Shown here: piece by piece, positions 9,660 through 20,105 of the stretch
Position numbering within the stretch: the stretch's first letter is position 1
Layout: every line of letters starts with the position of its first letter
Source: Longimicrobiales bacterium
GTDB lineage: Bacteria; Gemmatimonadota; Gemmatimonadetes; Longimicrobiales; Gaopeijiaceae
Assembly (NCBI GenBank): GCA_965203485.1
Contig: OZ241892.1
Span: 32,001-96,000 of the forward strand
Reading direction: 5' to 3'
Length of the DNA: 64,000 nt
The notes under the pieces: model-generated
The model's database searches: none
Seen by the model: only the letters and a program-made list of their open reading frames with translations
What the model was told of the DNA's origin: nothing
Translations under genes and position numbers: made by a program

Positions 9660-11705
9660 ATGCGCGGCCCGGGAATCCCGGCCGAGCAGGCGGCTTCGGG
9701 CAAGCGGGACCCTCGGCGCGACGCGGGCTCGCCCCCCGTGCTGGTCGCCGTCGACACCGGCGGCACGTTCACCGATCTGCTCGCGCTGGACGACGGCGCG
9801 CTGCGGCGCCTGAAGATCCCGTCCACGCCCGACGATCCGAGCCGCGCGGTGCTCGACGGACTCCGGCGGCTGCTCGGCGGCCGGGACAGGTCCTTCGCGT
9901 TGCTGCACGGCACGACGGTCGCGACCAACGCGTTGCTGGAGCGGAAGGGCGCGAGAGTCGGGTTGGTCACCAACCGGGGCTTCGAGGACGTCCTGGAGAT
10001 CGGCCGGCAGAACCGTCCTCAGCTCTACGCGCTGGTGGGCGCTCGCAAGCCTCCGTTGGCGGCCCGCGGCGACCGCGTGGGCGTGCGCGGGCGGCTCGAT
10101 CCGAAGGGCGCCGAGCTTGAGCCGGTGGACGAGGCCGAGCTCCGGGCGCTCGCCGCCTGGGCCGCCGAGTTCGAATCGCTCGCCGTCTGCCTGCTGCACT
10201 CCTATGCCGATCCGGTTCACGAAGAGGCCGTGGCCGACGCCCTCGCTCCCCAAGGCAAGCCGGTCTCGGTGTCTTCGCGCATCCTTCCCGAGTTCAGGGA
10301 GTACGAGCGGACGTCCACGACGGTCGTCAACGCGTACGTGGCGCCGCTGGTGGCGGGATATCTGGCCAGGATCGAGGAGCAGGCCGGAGCGGAGCGGGTG
10401 CGCATCATGGGGTCCAACGGCGGGGCGGTTCCGGTGGCCCGCGCCGCGGAGGAGCCGGTGCGGACGGTGCTGTCGGGGCCGGCCGGAGGAGTCGTGGGGG
10501 CCGCGGACGCCGCTCGCCGCTCGGGGTTCGAGCGGATCGTGGCGTTCGACATGGGAGGCACTTCGACCGACGTGTCCATCTGTCCGGGCGAGATGCTCGC
10601 GACGCGCGAGTTCGCCGTGGACGGGCAGCCCGTGGCGATTCCGGTCCTGGACATCCACACGGTCGGCGCGGGCGGAGGCAGCATCGCGCGCCTGGACGCG
10701 GGGGGAGCTCTGAAGGTGGGGCCGGAGAGCGCAGGCGCCGTGCCGGGACCCGCATGCTACGGACGCGGGGGCACGGCGCTCACCGTCACCGACGCGCACG
10801 TGTGGCTGGGCCGTTTGCCCGCCGAGCGCTTTCTCGGAGGGGCCGAGCGCCTGGACCGCGGCGCGATCGGGCCCGTCCTGGACCACATCGCGGACGGGCT
10901 CGGCGCGAGCCGGGAAGAGACCGCCGAGGGGGTGGTGGCCGTCGCCAACAGCGCCATGGAGCGGGCGCTGCGCGTGATCTCGGTGGAGCGGGGCTACGAT
11001 CCCAAGGACTTCTGCCTGGTCGCCTTCGGGGGCGCCGGCGGCCTTCACGTGGCGGAGCTGGCGTCCCGAATCGGCGTGGCCGCGGCCTTGGTCCCGCCCG
11101 ATCCGGGGCTCCTCTCGGCCTACGGCATGCTCGTGGCTCCGGTGGCGCGCGAGGCGTCCCGGACCGTTCTCGGCCGCCGGATCGAATCGATGGGGCCGCT
11201 CTTCGCCGAACTCCGCCGGACCGCTGTCGAGGACCTCCTGGCCGAAGGCTGTCCGCCGGACGCCGTTCGCGTCTCCGAGACGGTGGACGCGCGCTACGCG
11301 GGCCAGAGCTTCGAGCTTCGGGTGCCGGCAAAGGGATGGAAAGACGCCTTCCACGCCGCCCACGCCCAGCGCTACGGCTACGAGAGGAGGGACGCCCGCG
11401 TCGAAGCGGTCACGTTGCGGGTTGCCGCCGAGGCGCCGCCCCCCGAAGTGACGCTGGCCGGACCCCGGCGCGGGAGCGCGCCCACGCCGTCGCCGACAAC
11501 CATTCGGGGCCCGAACGGATCAACTACGGCCAGCCTCCACGCGCGCGCTTCCCTGCGAGCCGGGGGCGAGTTCGCCGGACCGGCAGTGGTTGCCGAGTAC
11601 TCCGGAACCACCTGGATACCTGACGGCTGGACTTGTACTGTAATGGACACCGGCAGCCTGCTTCTGCGCGACGCGACGCGAGCGAGCCCACCCGTGGCGC
11701 GATGA
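9660..11705 (+). CDS. Hydantoinase/oxoprolinase family protein (HyuA-like)
   Basis: VDTGGTFTD, HGTTVATNALLE, FDMGGTSTDV, GAGGGS, GPESAGAVPGP. Start uncertain (9585, 9660 or 9738). Confidence 0.9.
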   Translation: MRGPGIPAEQAASGKRDPRRDAGSPPVLVAVDTGGTFTDLLALDDGALRRLKIPSTPDDPSRAVLDGLRRLLGGRDRSFALLHGTTVATNALLERKGARVGLVTNRGFEDVLEIGRQNRPQLYALVGARKPPLAARGDRVGVRGRLDPKGAELEPVDEAELRALAAWAAEFESLAVCLLHSYADPVHEEAVADALAPQGKPVSVSSRILPEFREYERTSTTVVNAYVAPLVAGYLARIEEQAGAERVRIMGSNGGAVPVARAAEEPVRTVLSGPAGGVVGAADAARRSGFERIVAFDMGGTSTDVSICPGEMLATREFAVDGQPVAIPVLDIHTVGAGGGSIARLDAGGALKVGPESAGAVPGPACYGRGGTALTVTDAHVWLGRLPAERFLGGAERLDRGAIGPVLDHIADGLGASREETAEGVVAVANSAMERALRVISVERGYDPKDFCLVAFGGAGGLHVAELASRIGVAAALVPPDPGLLSAYGMLVAPVAREASRTVLGRRIESMGPLFAELRRTAVEDLLAEGCPPDAVRVSETVDARYAGQSFELRVPAKGWKDAFHAAHAQRYGYERRDARVEAVTLRVAAEAPPPEVTLAGPRRGSAPTPSPTTIRGPNGSTTASLHARASLRAGGEFAGPAVVAEYSGTTWIPDGWTCTVMDTGSLLLRDATRASPPVAR

Positions 11706-11799
11706 CGTCGCCCGGCAGAGCGAGGCCCCTGCTCCCGCGGGGCGCGAACATGAGCGCACCCACTCCCCACGTCCCGGCTACGGCCATGCGAACGGCGAC

Positions 11800-14202
11800 A
11801 TGACCGCGAACGGCAGGCTCGCGTCCCGGCGCACCTCGGCCGGCGTCGGCGAGTTCGCAGCGAACGGCGAGGCTTGGCCGTACAAGTGGGCACTCGTCGC
11901 AACCGCGGCCGTGGCGGCCACGTACATCGCCACGCTGGCCCCGACGGCGGCCTTTTGGGACGCCAGCGAGTACATCGCCACGGCGCGCATCCTCGGAATC
12001 CCGCACCCGCCCGGGAATCCGCTGTTCGTGCTCATGGCCCGCGCTTGGCACATTCTGCTCGAGCCGCTGGGCTGGTCCACGGCAGTCCGCGTGAACTTGT
12101 TCTCGGCCATGGCGAGCGCTTCCGCGCACGGTCTGTGGTTTCTCGTCGTCCACCGCATCCTGGGCTTCTGCGGCGGCTCGCGGCCGTTTCGCCTCGTCGG
12201 CGCCTTCGCCGCGGTGCTGGTGAGCGCCACGGCGTTCACCGTCTGGAACCAGTCCAACGTCAACGAGAAGGTCTATTCGGTCTCGTTCTTCACCATCGCC
12301 CTGCTGTCATGGCTCGCGTTGCGGTGGCGCGACAGCCTGGGACGCGGCAAGGACGACAACCTGCTGTTGCTGATGACGTTCGTGCTGGCGCTCTCGGTGG
12401 GCAATCACCTGATGGCTTTCCTGGCGGCGCCTGCGCTGTTCCTCTTCGTGTGCTTGGTTCGGCCGCGCGCGCTCCTCCATTGGCGGCTGTATCCCGCCGT
12501 CCTGCTGGCCGGCATCCTGGGACTGTCGGTTCACCTGTTCCTCCCTCTGCGCGCCGCGCAGGACCCCGTCATCAACGAGGCTCAGCCCACGTGCGAGAGC
12601 TTCGGCGAAGCCGTGACGAGCGTGGTCACCTACGGGTACGCGGGGTGCCCCGAGTTGTCGTCGGCTCTGAAGCGGGAACAGTACGTGAAGCCGCCGGAAT
12701 CGATCCGCTTGGCGCCGTTGCGGGCGCAACTCCAGAACTGGTTCCAGTACTTCGACTGGCAATGGTCGCGCGGGCTCGACGGGAACGACGTCTTGTTCGG
12801 TCGTGGACGAGCGCCCTTCACGGCGCTGTTCGTCGTGCTGGGTTTGCTGGGGATGGCCGAGATGATCCGGCGAGATCCGAAGAGCGGCATCTACATGGCT
12901 TCGCTCTTCGTCATCTTGTCGGCCGGGTTGGTCTACTACATGAACTTCAAGTACGGCTACTCGATTCCGGCGCCGGAACCGGACACGCTCGATCTGCACG
13001 AGGTGCGCGAGCGGGACTACTTCTTCATCGTCGGCTTCTCGATCTGGGGACTGGCGGCCGGCGTCGGCATCGCCACGCTGTGGAGACGCGCCTGGGGCTT
13101 CTTGAGCGGGCGCGGATGGCCCGGGCGGTGGGCGGCGGCGACCGTCGCTCCGATCCTGGGCGTCGCCTTCGTTCCGCTGGCGCTCAACTACGAGCGCGCC
13201 AGGCGCGACTACGACTACTCGGCCCGGGACTGGGCGCACAACATCCTCATGAGCGTCGAGCCCTACGGCTTGATCTTCACCAACGGGGACAACGACACCT
13301 TCCCCCTGTGGTACTTGCAGGAAGTGGAAGGAATTCGCCGCGACGTGACCGTCGCCGTGACTTCCTATCTCGCCACGCCGTGGTACGTGACCCAGCTCGC
13401 CAAGCTCACGCGGCCCTGCGAGCCCGGCCAAGACCCGGATGCGGACCCAACGCGGATCGTCTGCCAGCGTCCGTACACTGCCGAGAACACCGGCGCCATG
13501 TACACCCACGACCCCGAGCTGGCCCTCGCTGCCGGCAAGACGCCCATCCTGCTGTCCGAACCCGTCCGCTTGCCCACCAAGTCCATATTCCCGCCGACGC
13601 TGACCGACGAGGTCGTCGACCGGATCGCGTTCGGCCAGCCCCCGTTCCTGGACACTGCCGTCACCGTGCAGCTTGGGCCGCTGTCCGCCCGGCTGGAAGG
13701 CCAACGGCCCATTGCGGCTCCGCAGCAGTTCCAGCTGCTCGCGATCAGGACGGCCATCGACGATCGTCCAGTGTACTTCGCCGGAAGCGGCGGCGTCGCC
13801 TTGCGGGTTCAGGGCGCCACGACGGCCAGCGGACTCCGCGCCCACGTCATTCGCGAGGGCGTGGCGTTCCGGCTGTGGCCGGGCGAACCGGCGGCCATTG
13901 CCGATCGCGACCTTCACCGCATCGACAACGAGGGCTGGGTGCTCGCCACCGCCAGGTGGGTCGACGTGGAGAAGACGCGCCTGCTGCTGGACGAGGTCTT
14001 CGTGCACAGCGCCGGCCTGCCGGACGAATGGGAGTTCTGGCCCGACCTGCCGTCCGTGGGCATAGCGAGCTACTACGGCTGGGCCCACTTGGCCTTGTAC
14101 GCCGCGGCCGCGTCCCGAGGCGACGAGGCCACGGCCACTCAGATGGCGAACCGCTACGAAGCCTGGGAGCGGTTGCGGGATCCCGAGAATCCCGAGGGAT
14201 AG
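11800..14202 (+). CDS. DUF2723 domain membrane protein (TMEM260/glycosyltransferase-like)
   Basis: FWDASEY, LGIPHPPGNPLF, EVRERDYFF, FTNGDNDTFPLWYLQEVEG and many TM helices. Confidence 0.85.
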   Translation: MTANGRLASRRTSAGVGEFAANGEAWPYKWALVATAAVAATYIATLAPTAAFWDASEYIATARILGIPHPPGNPLFVLMARAWHILLEPLGWSTAVRVNLFSAMASASAHGLWFLVVHRILGFCGGSRPFRLVGAFAAVLVSATAFTVWNQSNVNEKVYSVSFFTIALLSWLALRWRDSLGRGKDDNLLLLMTFVLALSVGNHLMAFLAAPALFLFVCLVRPRALLHWRLYPAVLLAGILGLSVHLFLPLRAAQDPVINEAQPTCESFGEAVTSVVTYGYAGCPELSSALKREQYVKPPESIRLAPLRAQLQNWFQYFDWQWSRGLDGNDVLFGRGRAPFTALFVVLGLLGMAEMIRRDPKSGIYMASLFVILSAGLVYYMNFKYGYSIPAPEPDTLDLHEVRERDYFFIVGFSIWGLAAGVGIATLWRRAWGFLSGRGWPGRWAAATVAPILGVAFVPLALNYERARRDYDYSARDWAHNILMSVEPYGLIFTNGDNDTFPLWYLQEVEGIRRDVTVAVTSYLATPWYVTQLAKLTRPCEPGQDPDADPTRIVCQRPYTAENTGAMYTHDPELALAAGKTPILLSEPVRLPTKSIFPPTLTDEVVDRIAFGQPPFLDTAVTVQLGPLSARLEGQRPIAAPQQFQLLAIRTAIDDRPVYFAGSGGVALRVQGATTASGLRAHVIREGVAFRLWPGEPAAIADRDLHRIDNEGWVLATARWVDVEKTRLLLDEVFVHSAGLPDEWEFWPDLPSVGIASYYGWAHLALYAAAASRGDEATATQMANRYEAWERLRDPENPEG

Positions 14203-14232
14203 GCGGACCGCCCGTCGCGGACCCGGCCGCGA

Positions 14233-16830
14233 TCAGGGCTGGACCAAGCGCGCCGGGGCGGGGCGCAGGCGGCGAGCGGTCGGGCTCGGCCGTCCGTCGA
14301 GGCCGTCGTTCGCCCACAGAAGGAAGTCGAAGGACTCGGGCGCGGCGGCCACCACGCGGCGCGGCGCCCCGACCAGCACCAGCGCAACCCGCTGGGCCAG
14401 TGCCGCCAGCGCCGCCAGCGCGCGGGCCACGTCCTCGCCCCGTAGCGCGCCCAGCGTCCTCGGCAGGAGCACCGATCCCAGCGGCGCGTCCGCTTCGACG
14501 GCCAGTTCCGCCAGCGCGATCCGGGCGGCCAGCTCCAGGGCGGCCGCGTCGCTTCCATTGCGCAGGCCGCCTTCGGCCCACCCCGCGAAGAGCTCGGGAA
14601 ACGCGCCCGCGACGCGGCCTCCCGTGATCGTCACCGCTTTCGCATGAACGCGCTCGCGGAAGCGTTCGGCCGCCCCCGAAGGCGGATCGTCGGCGCTCCC
14701 GGAACCCGGCGTTCCGGGCGGCGCGATCCTTGCTCCGGCCCCCTGCAGATCGTGCAGGCGCCGTTGCGCGTACTTGAGTTCCCGGGCCTGGACGCGCCGT
14801 CTCTCGATGTCTTCCGACAGGGAGTCGATCTCGGATTCCGTCTCCAGCTTGCGCGTCTCGGCCGCCTTGATCTCCGGAGGCTTGTCCTCCAGCTGGTCGC
14901 GCCGCCGCCGCCACCACTGTCCGTCCCGTACCACGCTGTCCCATTCGTCGCGGCGCGCCTTCATGGCGTCCGCAAGCCCGCCGGCCGGTTCCGCGCCTCC
15001 TGCCGCGTCCCGGCCGGCCCGCTCCATCTCCTTCAGCTTCTCCTTGAGTTCGCGCGCCCTGTCGCGATGCAGCAGGAGCCGCGTCTCCGCGTCCTGGCGC
15101 GCCCGCACCCAGTTCATCGTCGCCGCCTCGAGATCGCCCTGTATCTCCGCCGCGTCCTCGCGCAACCGGGCGAGCCGCGCCTTCATCTCGTCCGTGCCCG
15201 CCTGCGATTCCTCGAGCCGGGCCACGTCCCTTTCCGTCTCGCGGACCAAGCGCCGAAACCACCTCGCGAGCGCTGCCGGCGGGCGGCCGCTCCGCCGTCC
15301 GCCGCTCTCGTTCGCCGCCGGTTCAGCGATCTGCTCGCCGTCCGCCGAGCCCGGCTCGCGGGCCAACGCGGCGCCCGCCGACAGCCAAGTCTCCGCCGGC
15401 CCCGCCCCGAACCAAACGGCCGCGTACTCGGGACCGCCGAGTCCGGCGCCGGCCAGGGCCTCGGCCGCCAAGCGCTTCAGCGGCGTCCCCCGCCACGCGG
15501 CCTCGAGCCGTTCGGCCGTCCGGTCCACCGGCAACGATCCGCGGCCGGATCCTCGGTTGCCCGGCGTCGCGAGCGCCGCGCACAACCAGTCGGCGACCGC
15601 GTTCCACGGCGACTCGCCGCCGCCCACCAGGGCGACCAACCCCCTTGCGCCGCCCAAGTCGACAGGGGGGCCCCCGAAGCCCAGGGCCTGCAGGTCGGCC
15701 AGCGTGGGCGGATCGGTTGCTGCCATGGGCGCGGCTCCGGCGTCCGTGGCGTTGCGGGCCTGCGGGGCGACCGCCTTGGCCGCGCCGGATCGCCCGGCCC
15801 CGGCCTTCGGCGCCCGGCCCCGGCCCGCCGCCGGCACAGCGTCCCCCGGCTCCGCCGGCCCGCCTCGACGCGCCGCCGCCTTGCCCTGCGCCGCCGGCAA
15901 CGCGTCGACCCGCAACCCGGCCGTTCGCCTTCGGAGCGGCGCCAGGGCGTCGTGGTCGAACGCCGCAAAGTCGTCCGGCCCCAGCCCCCGCACGGGCACG
16001 CGAACGAGCCTGTCCTCGACGCCGCCGGGTACGCCCGCCACGGCTTCGGCCAGTCGTCGCGCGACGGCCACGGGGCCGCCCGATCCAGCGTCGACCGGCG
16101 CCAAGCTCACCACGGCGCGCGTGGGCACAGGACGGAAGTCGACCGAACCGGACCGCAAGTCGGCCACCAGGAATCCCTTTTCGTCGACGGCTTCCGCCCA
16201 CGGGTCCGCCCCGATCCGCTCCAGCGATCCGCTGTAGTGGACGCGCTCGGCCACTTGCTCCCGCGCATGGCGCGACCCCAGCGCCACGTAGTCCCACTGG
16301 CCCGGCCGAACGGCAACCGCGGCCGCGCGCCCGTTGGCGGCTAGGTCGGCGTAGCCCACGAGCACGTTCCACTTCGCGTCCGGGTCCGGCTCGGCAACGA
16401 GTTCACCAGCGCCCGAGCCGGCCCACGCCAGGTGCGGCGCGAGCGTCACCGACGCGTCGTGCTCCTCGAGGCGGAGGCGCCGAGCGGCCGAGATTGCGAC
16501 CTCGACCCCGTCCAGCGCGCTCACGACCTCCAGCGGTCCCTGCCTGCCGGATTCGACCGGAGTGTCCCGCAACCCCGCCACGACGCCGATCACGACGCCC
16601 GGCGCCCGGCCCCTCAAGTCTCGCACGCCTCGGACGAAGGCCGCCAGCGCAGGCGCGCCGGCAAGGGGATCGTCGAAGACGTCGCCGGCCACGACCACGA
16701 GCGCCGGCGCCTCGTCGCCGATCCGCGACGCGGCCTCGCCGAACGCGCGGAGCACGTCGCGCCCGCGCCTCCGGCCGGGCCCGGCGGCGCCGTGACCCAG
16801 GTGCAGGTCGGAGAGATGGGCCACCCTCAC
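14233..16830 (-). CDS. SbcD-like metallophosphoesterase fused to degenerate SbcC/SMC-like region
   Basis: HLSDLHLG, AGDVFD, DYVALG, YSGSLER, EKGF in the N-terminal third, then a coiled coil and a decayed ABC-ATPase C-terminus. Confidence 0.75.
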   Translation of the reverse strand: MRVAHLSDLHLGHGAAGPGRRRGRDVLRAFGEAASRIGDEAPALVVVAGDVFDDPLAGAPALAAFVRGVRDLRGRAPGVVIGVVAGLRDTPVESGRQGPLEVVSALDGVEVAISAARRLRLEEHDASVTLAPHLAWAGSGAGELVAEPDPDAKWNVLVGYADLAANGRAAAVAVRPGQWDYVALGSRHAREQVAERVHYSGSLERIGADPWAEAVDEKGFLVADLRSGSVDFRPVPTRAVVSLAPVDAGSGGPVAVARRLAEAVAGVPGGVEDRLVRVPVRGLGPDDFAAFDHDALAPLRRRTAGLRVDALPAAQGKAAARRGGPAEPGDAVPAAGRGRAPKAGAGRSGAAKAVAPQARNATDAGAAPMAATDPPTLADLQALGFGGPPVDLGGARGLVALVGGGESPWNAVADWLCAALATPGNRGSGRGSLPVDRTAERLEAAWRGTPLKRLAAEALAGAGLGGPEYAAVWFGAGPAETWLSAGAALAREPGSADGEQIAEPAANESGGRRSGRPPAALARWFRRLVRETERDVARLEESQAGTDEMKARLARLREDAAEIQGDLEAATMNWVRARQDAETRLLLHRDRARELKEKLKEMERAGRDAAGGAEPAGGLADAMKARRDEWDSVVRDGQWWRRRRDQLEDKPPEIKAAETRKLETESEIDSLSEDIERRRVQARELKYAQRRLHDLQGAGARIAPPGTPGSGSADDPPSGAAERFRERVHAKAVTITGGRVAGAFPELFAGWAEGGLRNGSDAAALELAARIALAELAVEADAPLGSVLLPRTLGALRGEDVARALAALAALAQRVALVLVGAPRRVVAAAPESFDFLLWANDGLDGRPSPTARRLRPAPARLVQP

Positions 16831-16890
16831 GGCGCGAGCCGCCAGTTTAGGCTCGTCAGGCCGGCCGCGCCCACTTGCGCGCCCGCCGCC

Positions 16891-17781
16891 TCACAGGTCG
16901 CCCAGGATGGTTCGGTAGCTGTGGTGGCGGGTCTCGCGGATCTGCCCCGCTGCCACGGCCCGCAGGACTGCGCATCCCGGTTCGTGCAGGTGCATGCAGT
17001 CGCGAAACCGGCACAGCTCCAGGAAGGGCCGAAAGTCGGCGAAGCACGCCGCCAGTCCGGGAGCGGTCACGTCGACCCCCGTCACGTCCGAGAAGCCGGG
17101 CGTGTCCGCCACGCGTCCGCCGGACGGCAAGGTCACCAGGCGGCTTGCCACCGTCGTGTGCGTCCCGCGCAGCGACTTTCGCCCCACGGCCCCCGTGCGG
17201 AGGCCCAAGGACGGGTCCAGCCAGTTGAGAAGCGACGACTTGCCCACCCCGGAGGGCCCCGCGAGCGCCGACGAGCCGGAACCGGCCAACCGTCCGAAGT
17301 CGTCCATCCCGCGACCCGTCAAGACCGACGTGCACACGGACCGGTACCCGGCCTGGCGGTACGAGCCGGCCAGAGCGCGAGCGCGGGCGCGGCCTCCGGG
17401 CAGGTCGGTCTTCGTGAACACGAGGAAGACGTCGAGGCCCCCCGCCTCGCCCATCACCAGCATTCGGTCCACGACGATCGTGGACGGCGCCGGCTGTGCC
17501 ACCGATGCCACCACGAACAGCCGGTCGAGGTTTGCGGCCAGCACCTTGGAGACGCGCGCTCCCCGCGTTCGCCGGACGAGCTCCGTCTCGCGGGAGCGCA
17601 CCGCGTCGATCACGTAGCGGCCTTCCGAGACCCGGTGCACGCCGACCCGGTCGCCGATCACCACCGCGGCCGCCCGCCGGCCCTGCTTGAGCTTGCCGCG
17701 CAACGTCGCCCGGACGTGGCCGCCCGGCGTGAACACCCGGTAGACGCCGCCCGCGACCTCTACGACCTGCCCGTCCGTCAC
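16891..17781 (-). CDS. rsgA: Ribosome small subunit-dependent GTPase A
   Basis: AANLD, TKTD, GPSGVGKSSLLN, GTHTT, DTPGF, Zn-binding CRFRDCMHLHEPGC. Start 17781 (GTG) or 17847. Confidence 0.93.
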   Translation of the reverse strand: MTDGQVVEVAGGVYRVFTPGGHVRATLRGKLKQGRRAAAVVIGDRVGVHRVSEGRYVIDAVRSRETELVRRTRGARVSKVLAANLDRLFVVASVAQPAPSTIVVDRMLVMGEAGGLDVFLVFTKTDLPGGRARARALAGSYRQAGYRSVCTSVLTGRGMDDFGRLAGSGSSALAGPSGVGKSSLLNWLDPSLGLRTGAVGRKSLRGTHTTVASRLVTLPSGGRVADTPGFSDVTGVDVTAPGLAACFADFRPFLELCRFRDCMHLHEPGCAVLRAVAAGQIRETRHHSYRTILGDL

Positions 17782-17922
17782 CGCCTCCGCGAGCGCGCCA
17801 AGTCGTCGGCGCCGCAAGCGCCGCGAACGACCCGGGGCGGCCCACACTCCGTCAAGCGGCGCAAACCCCGCGCCGCCGCGGGCGAACGCCGGCTTCGCGT
17901 CGCGTCCCAGGCCCCCACCCCG

Positions 17923-18897
17923 TCAAGCGGCGTAGACCTTGCGCCTGTCCTTGCCCCGGCGCGGCTCGGCCGCCGACTTGTTGAGGACCACTCCCGGTAT
18001 CTCCCCGAACAGCGTGCGGAGGACCTCGCTCTCGCTGCCTTCCTTCAGATTCTTCAGCGCGCGGTCCCTGAGTTGCCGGATGCGCTCGCGGGTCACCCCC
18101 AAGCGGTTGCCGATCTCTTCGAGCGTGTGCTCCTTGCGGTCGCCCAGCCCGAAGCAGAGCGTCAGCACCTGCGCGTCCCGCGGGCTCAAGCGGCTCAGCG
18201 CCCGGTTGACCACCTCCGTGCGACGGCGCTTTTCGACCTCCAGCTCGGGGTCGGCCACCTCGTCCGTCGCGAAGCGCTCGACGAGCTGGGAGTCCTCGCT
18301 GTCGCCCACCGGCGCGTCCAGCCTGACCTCGGCGTGGTTGAGCGTCTGGAGCGATTCCACCATCTCCGGCGTCAGACGGGCGGCCCGGCCCACTTCCTCG
18401 CTGGACGGCTCGCGGCCCAGTTCCTGCTTGAGCCGCTCCTTCTCGCGAAAAATCCTCGCCAAGTCCGACGAGCGGTTCAGCGGGACCCGGACGGGACGGC
18501 CCTGGTTGGCCAAGGCCGCCAGGATGGCCTGCCTGATCCACCACACGGCGTAGCTGATGAACTTGACCCCCTGTTCCGGATCGAACTTCCGGGCCGCGGT
18601 GACCAAGCCGACGTTGCCCTCCTGAATCAGGTCGTCCAGCGCGACGCCGCGGTTCTGATACTTCTTGGCGACGCTGATCACGAAGCGCAGGTTGGCCTTG
18701 GCCAGGGCGCGAATCGCCTCCTCGTCGCCTTGGCGGGCCAGCGCTCCCAGGCGCTTTTCCTCTTCGGGCGTGATGAGCTCGTGGCGGTTCACGTCCGCCA
18801 GGTACTGGTTGAGCCCCGTGGGCCCGTCCATGTCCCGCATCGCGTCGCCGGGCGACGCCGGGGAGGCGTCGCGGCGGTTCTTGGTCTTCCCGGCCAT
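17923..18897 (-). CDS. RNA polymerase sigma-70 factor, RpoD/SigA family (copy 2)
   Basis: ANLRFVISVAKKY, DLIQEGNVGL, KFISYAVWWIRQ, TLEEIG...VTRERIRQ. Confidence 0.93.
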   Translation of the reverse strand: MAGKTKNRRDASPASPGDAMRDMDGPTGLNQYLADVNRHELITPEEEKRLGALARQGDEEAIRALAKANLRFVISVAKKYQNRGVALDDLIQEGNVGLVTAARKFDPEQGVKFISYAVWWIRQAILAALANQGRPVRVPLNRSSDLARIFREKERLKQELGREPSSEEVGRAARLTPEMVESLQTLNHAEVRLDAPVGDSEDSQLVERFATDEVADPELEVEKRRRTEVVNRALSRLSPRDAQVLTLCFGLGDRKEHTLEEIGNRLGVTRERIRQLRDRALKNLKEGSESEVLRTLFGEIPGVVLNKSAAEPRRGKDRRKVYAA

Positions 18898-18965
18898 CGG
18901 TCTCCTCCTCTAGGGGCCGGAGGCCCCGTGTTGGGCAGCGCCGGCGAAGGCTCCCGAAGCCGCGG

Positions 18966-19859
18966 TCATGCCGCGAACGACTTCAGGGCTTCGCCCATGC
19001 CGCCTTCCTTCAGCCGCCGCAACGCCCGGTCGCGCAACTGGCGAATCCGCTCGCGGGTCACGCCCAGGTCGTTGCCGATCTCTTCCAGGGTATGCTCGCG
19101 TCCCCCTTCGAGGCCGAAGTACAGCTTCAGCACGCGCGCGTCGCGCGGCTCGAGGGCGGCCAACGCCTTGGCCACGGCCTCGCTGCGGAGACGAGTCTCC
19201 ACTTCCAGCTCCGGTTCCGACGCTTCCTCGGCGATGAACCGCTCGACGAGCTTCGAGTCCTCGCTCTCCCCGACTGCCGCGTCCAGCCTGATCTCCGCGG
19301 CGTTCAGGGTTTGCAGGAACTCGACCACTTCGGGCGTCAAGCGCGCGGCCCGGCCCACTTCCTGGACCGACGGCTCGCGCTCGAGCTCCTGCTTGAGCCG
19401 CTCCCGCTCGCGAAAGATCCTCGACAGGTCGGACGCCCGGTTGAGCGGGACGCGCACGGGTCTGCCCTGGTTGGCAAGGGCCGCGAGAATGGCCTGTCGA
19501 ATCCACCAGACGGCGTAGCTGATGAACTTCACCCCCTGGGTCGGGTCGAACTTCCGCGCGGCGGTGACCAAGCCGACGTTGCCTTCCTGGATCAGATCGG
19601 TGAGCGCGACTCCCCGGTTCTGGTAGTTCTTGGCGACGCTGATGACGAAGCGCAGGTTGGCCTTGGCCAGGGCCTGGATGGCTTCCTCGTCGCCCTGCTG
19701 CGCCAACGCGCCCAGGCGCTTCTCCTCCTCGGGCGTGATCAGCTCCTCCCGGCTGACGTCGCGCAGGTACTGGTCCAGCGAACTCTGCTCGTCCAGCCCG
19801 GCGTCGAACGAAATGCTCTTTGCCGTGCGCTTCTTCTGGCTTTTCTTCTTGGCGGCCAT
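18966..19859 (-). CDS. RNA polymerase sigma-70 factor, RpoD/SigA family (copy 1)
   Basis: Same region 1.2, 2 and 4 motifs. No region 1.1. Confidence 0.93.
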   Translation of the reverse strand: MAAKKKSQKKRTAKSISFDAGLDEQSSLDQYLRDVSREELITPEEEKRLGALAQQGDEEAIQALAKANLRFVISVAKNYQNRGVALTDLIQEGNVGLVTAARKFDPTQGVKFISYAVWWIRQAILAALANQGRPVRVPLNRASDLSRIFRERERLKQELEREPSVQEVGRAARLTPEVVEFLQTLNAAEIRLDAAVGESEDSKLVERFIAEEASEPELEVETRLRSEAVAKALAALEPRDARVLKLYFGLEGGREHTLEEIGNDLGVTRERIRQLRDRALRRLKEGGMGEALKSFAA

Positions 19860-20105
19860 TGGTCACTCCCTGCCCCTTCGTTTCCACTAGCGTCCGCGGC
19901 CGGGGCCGCGGCTGACGCATAGCCCTACAAGGTGTCCTCTTGCTTCGCGCTCGTCAACCTCGGCCAACTAGCACCGCCGTGCGCGCCGGGCAAGCCGAAC
20001 TCGGCCCGGCCGTCCCCTTGCGGCCACCGTCCGCGCTGGCGGCTTCCGGGGTTGGCACGACCGTCGTTCCTCATCTCCTATAGACGCGCGAAGGCGGCTT
20101 TTGGT

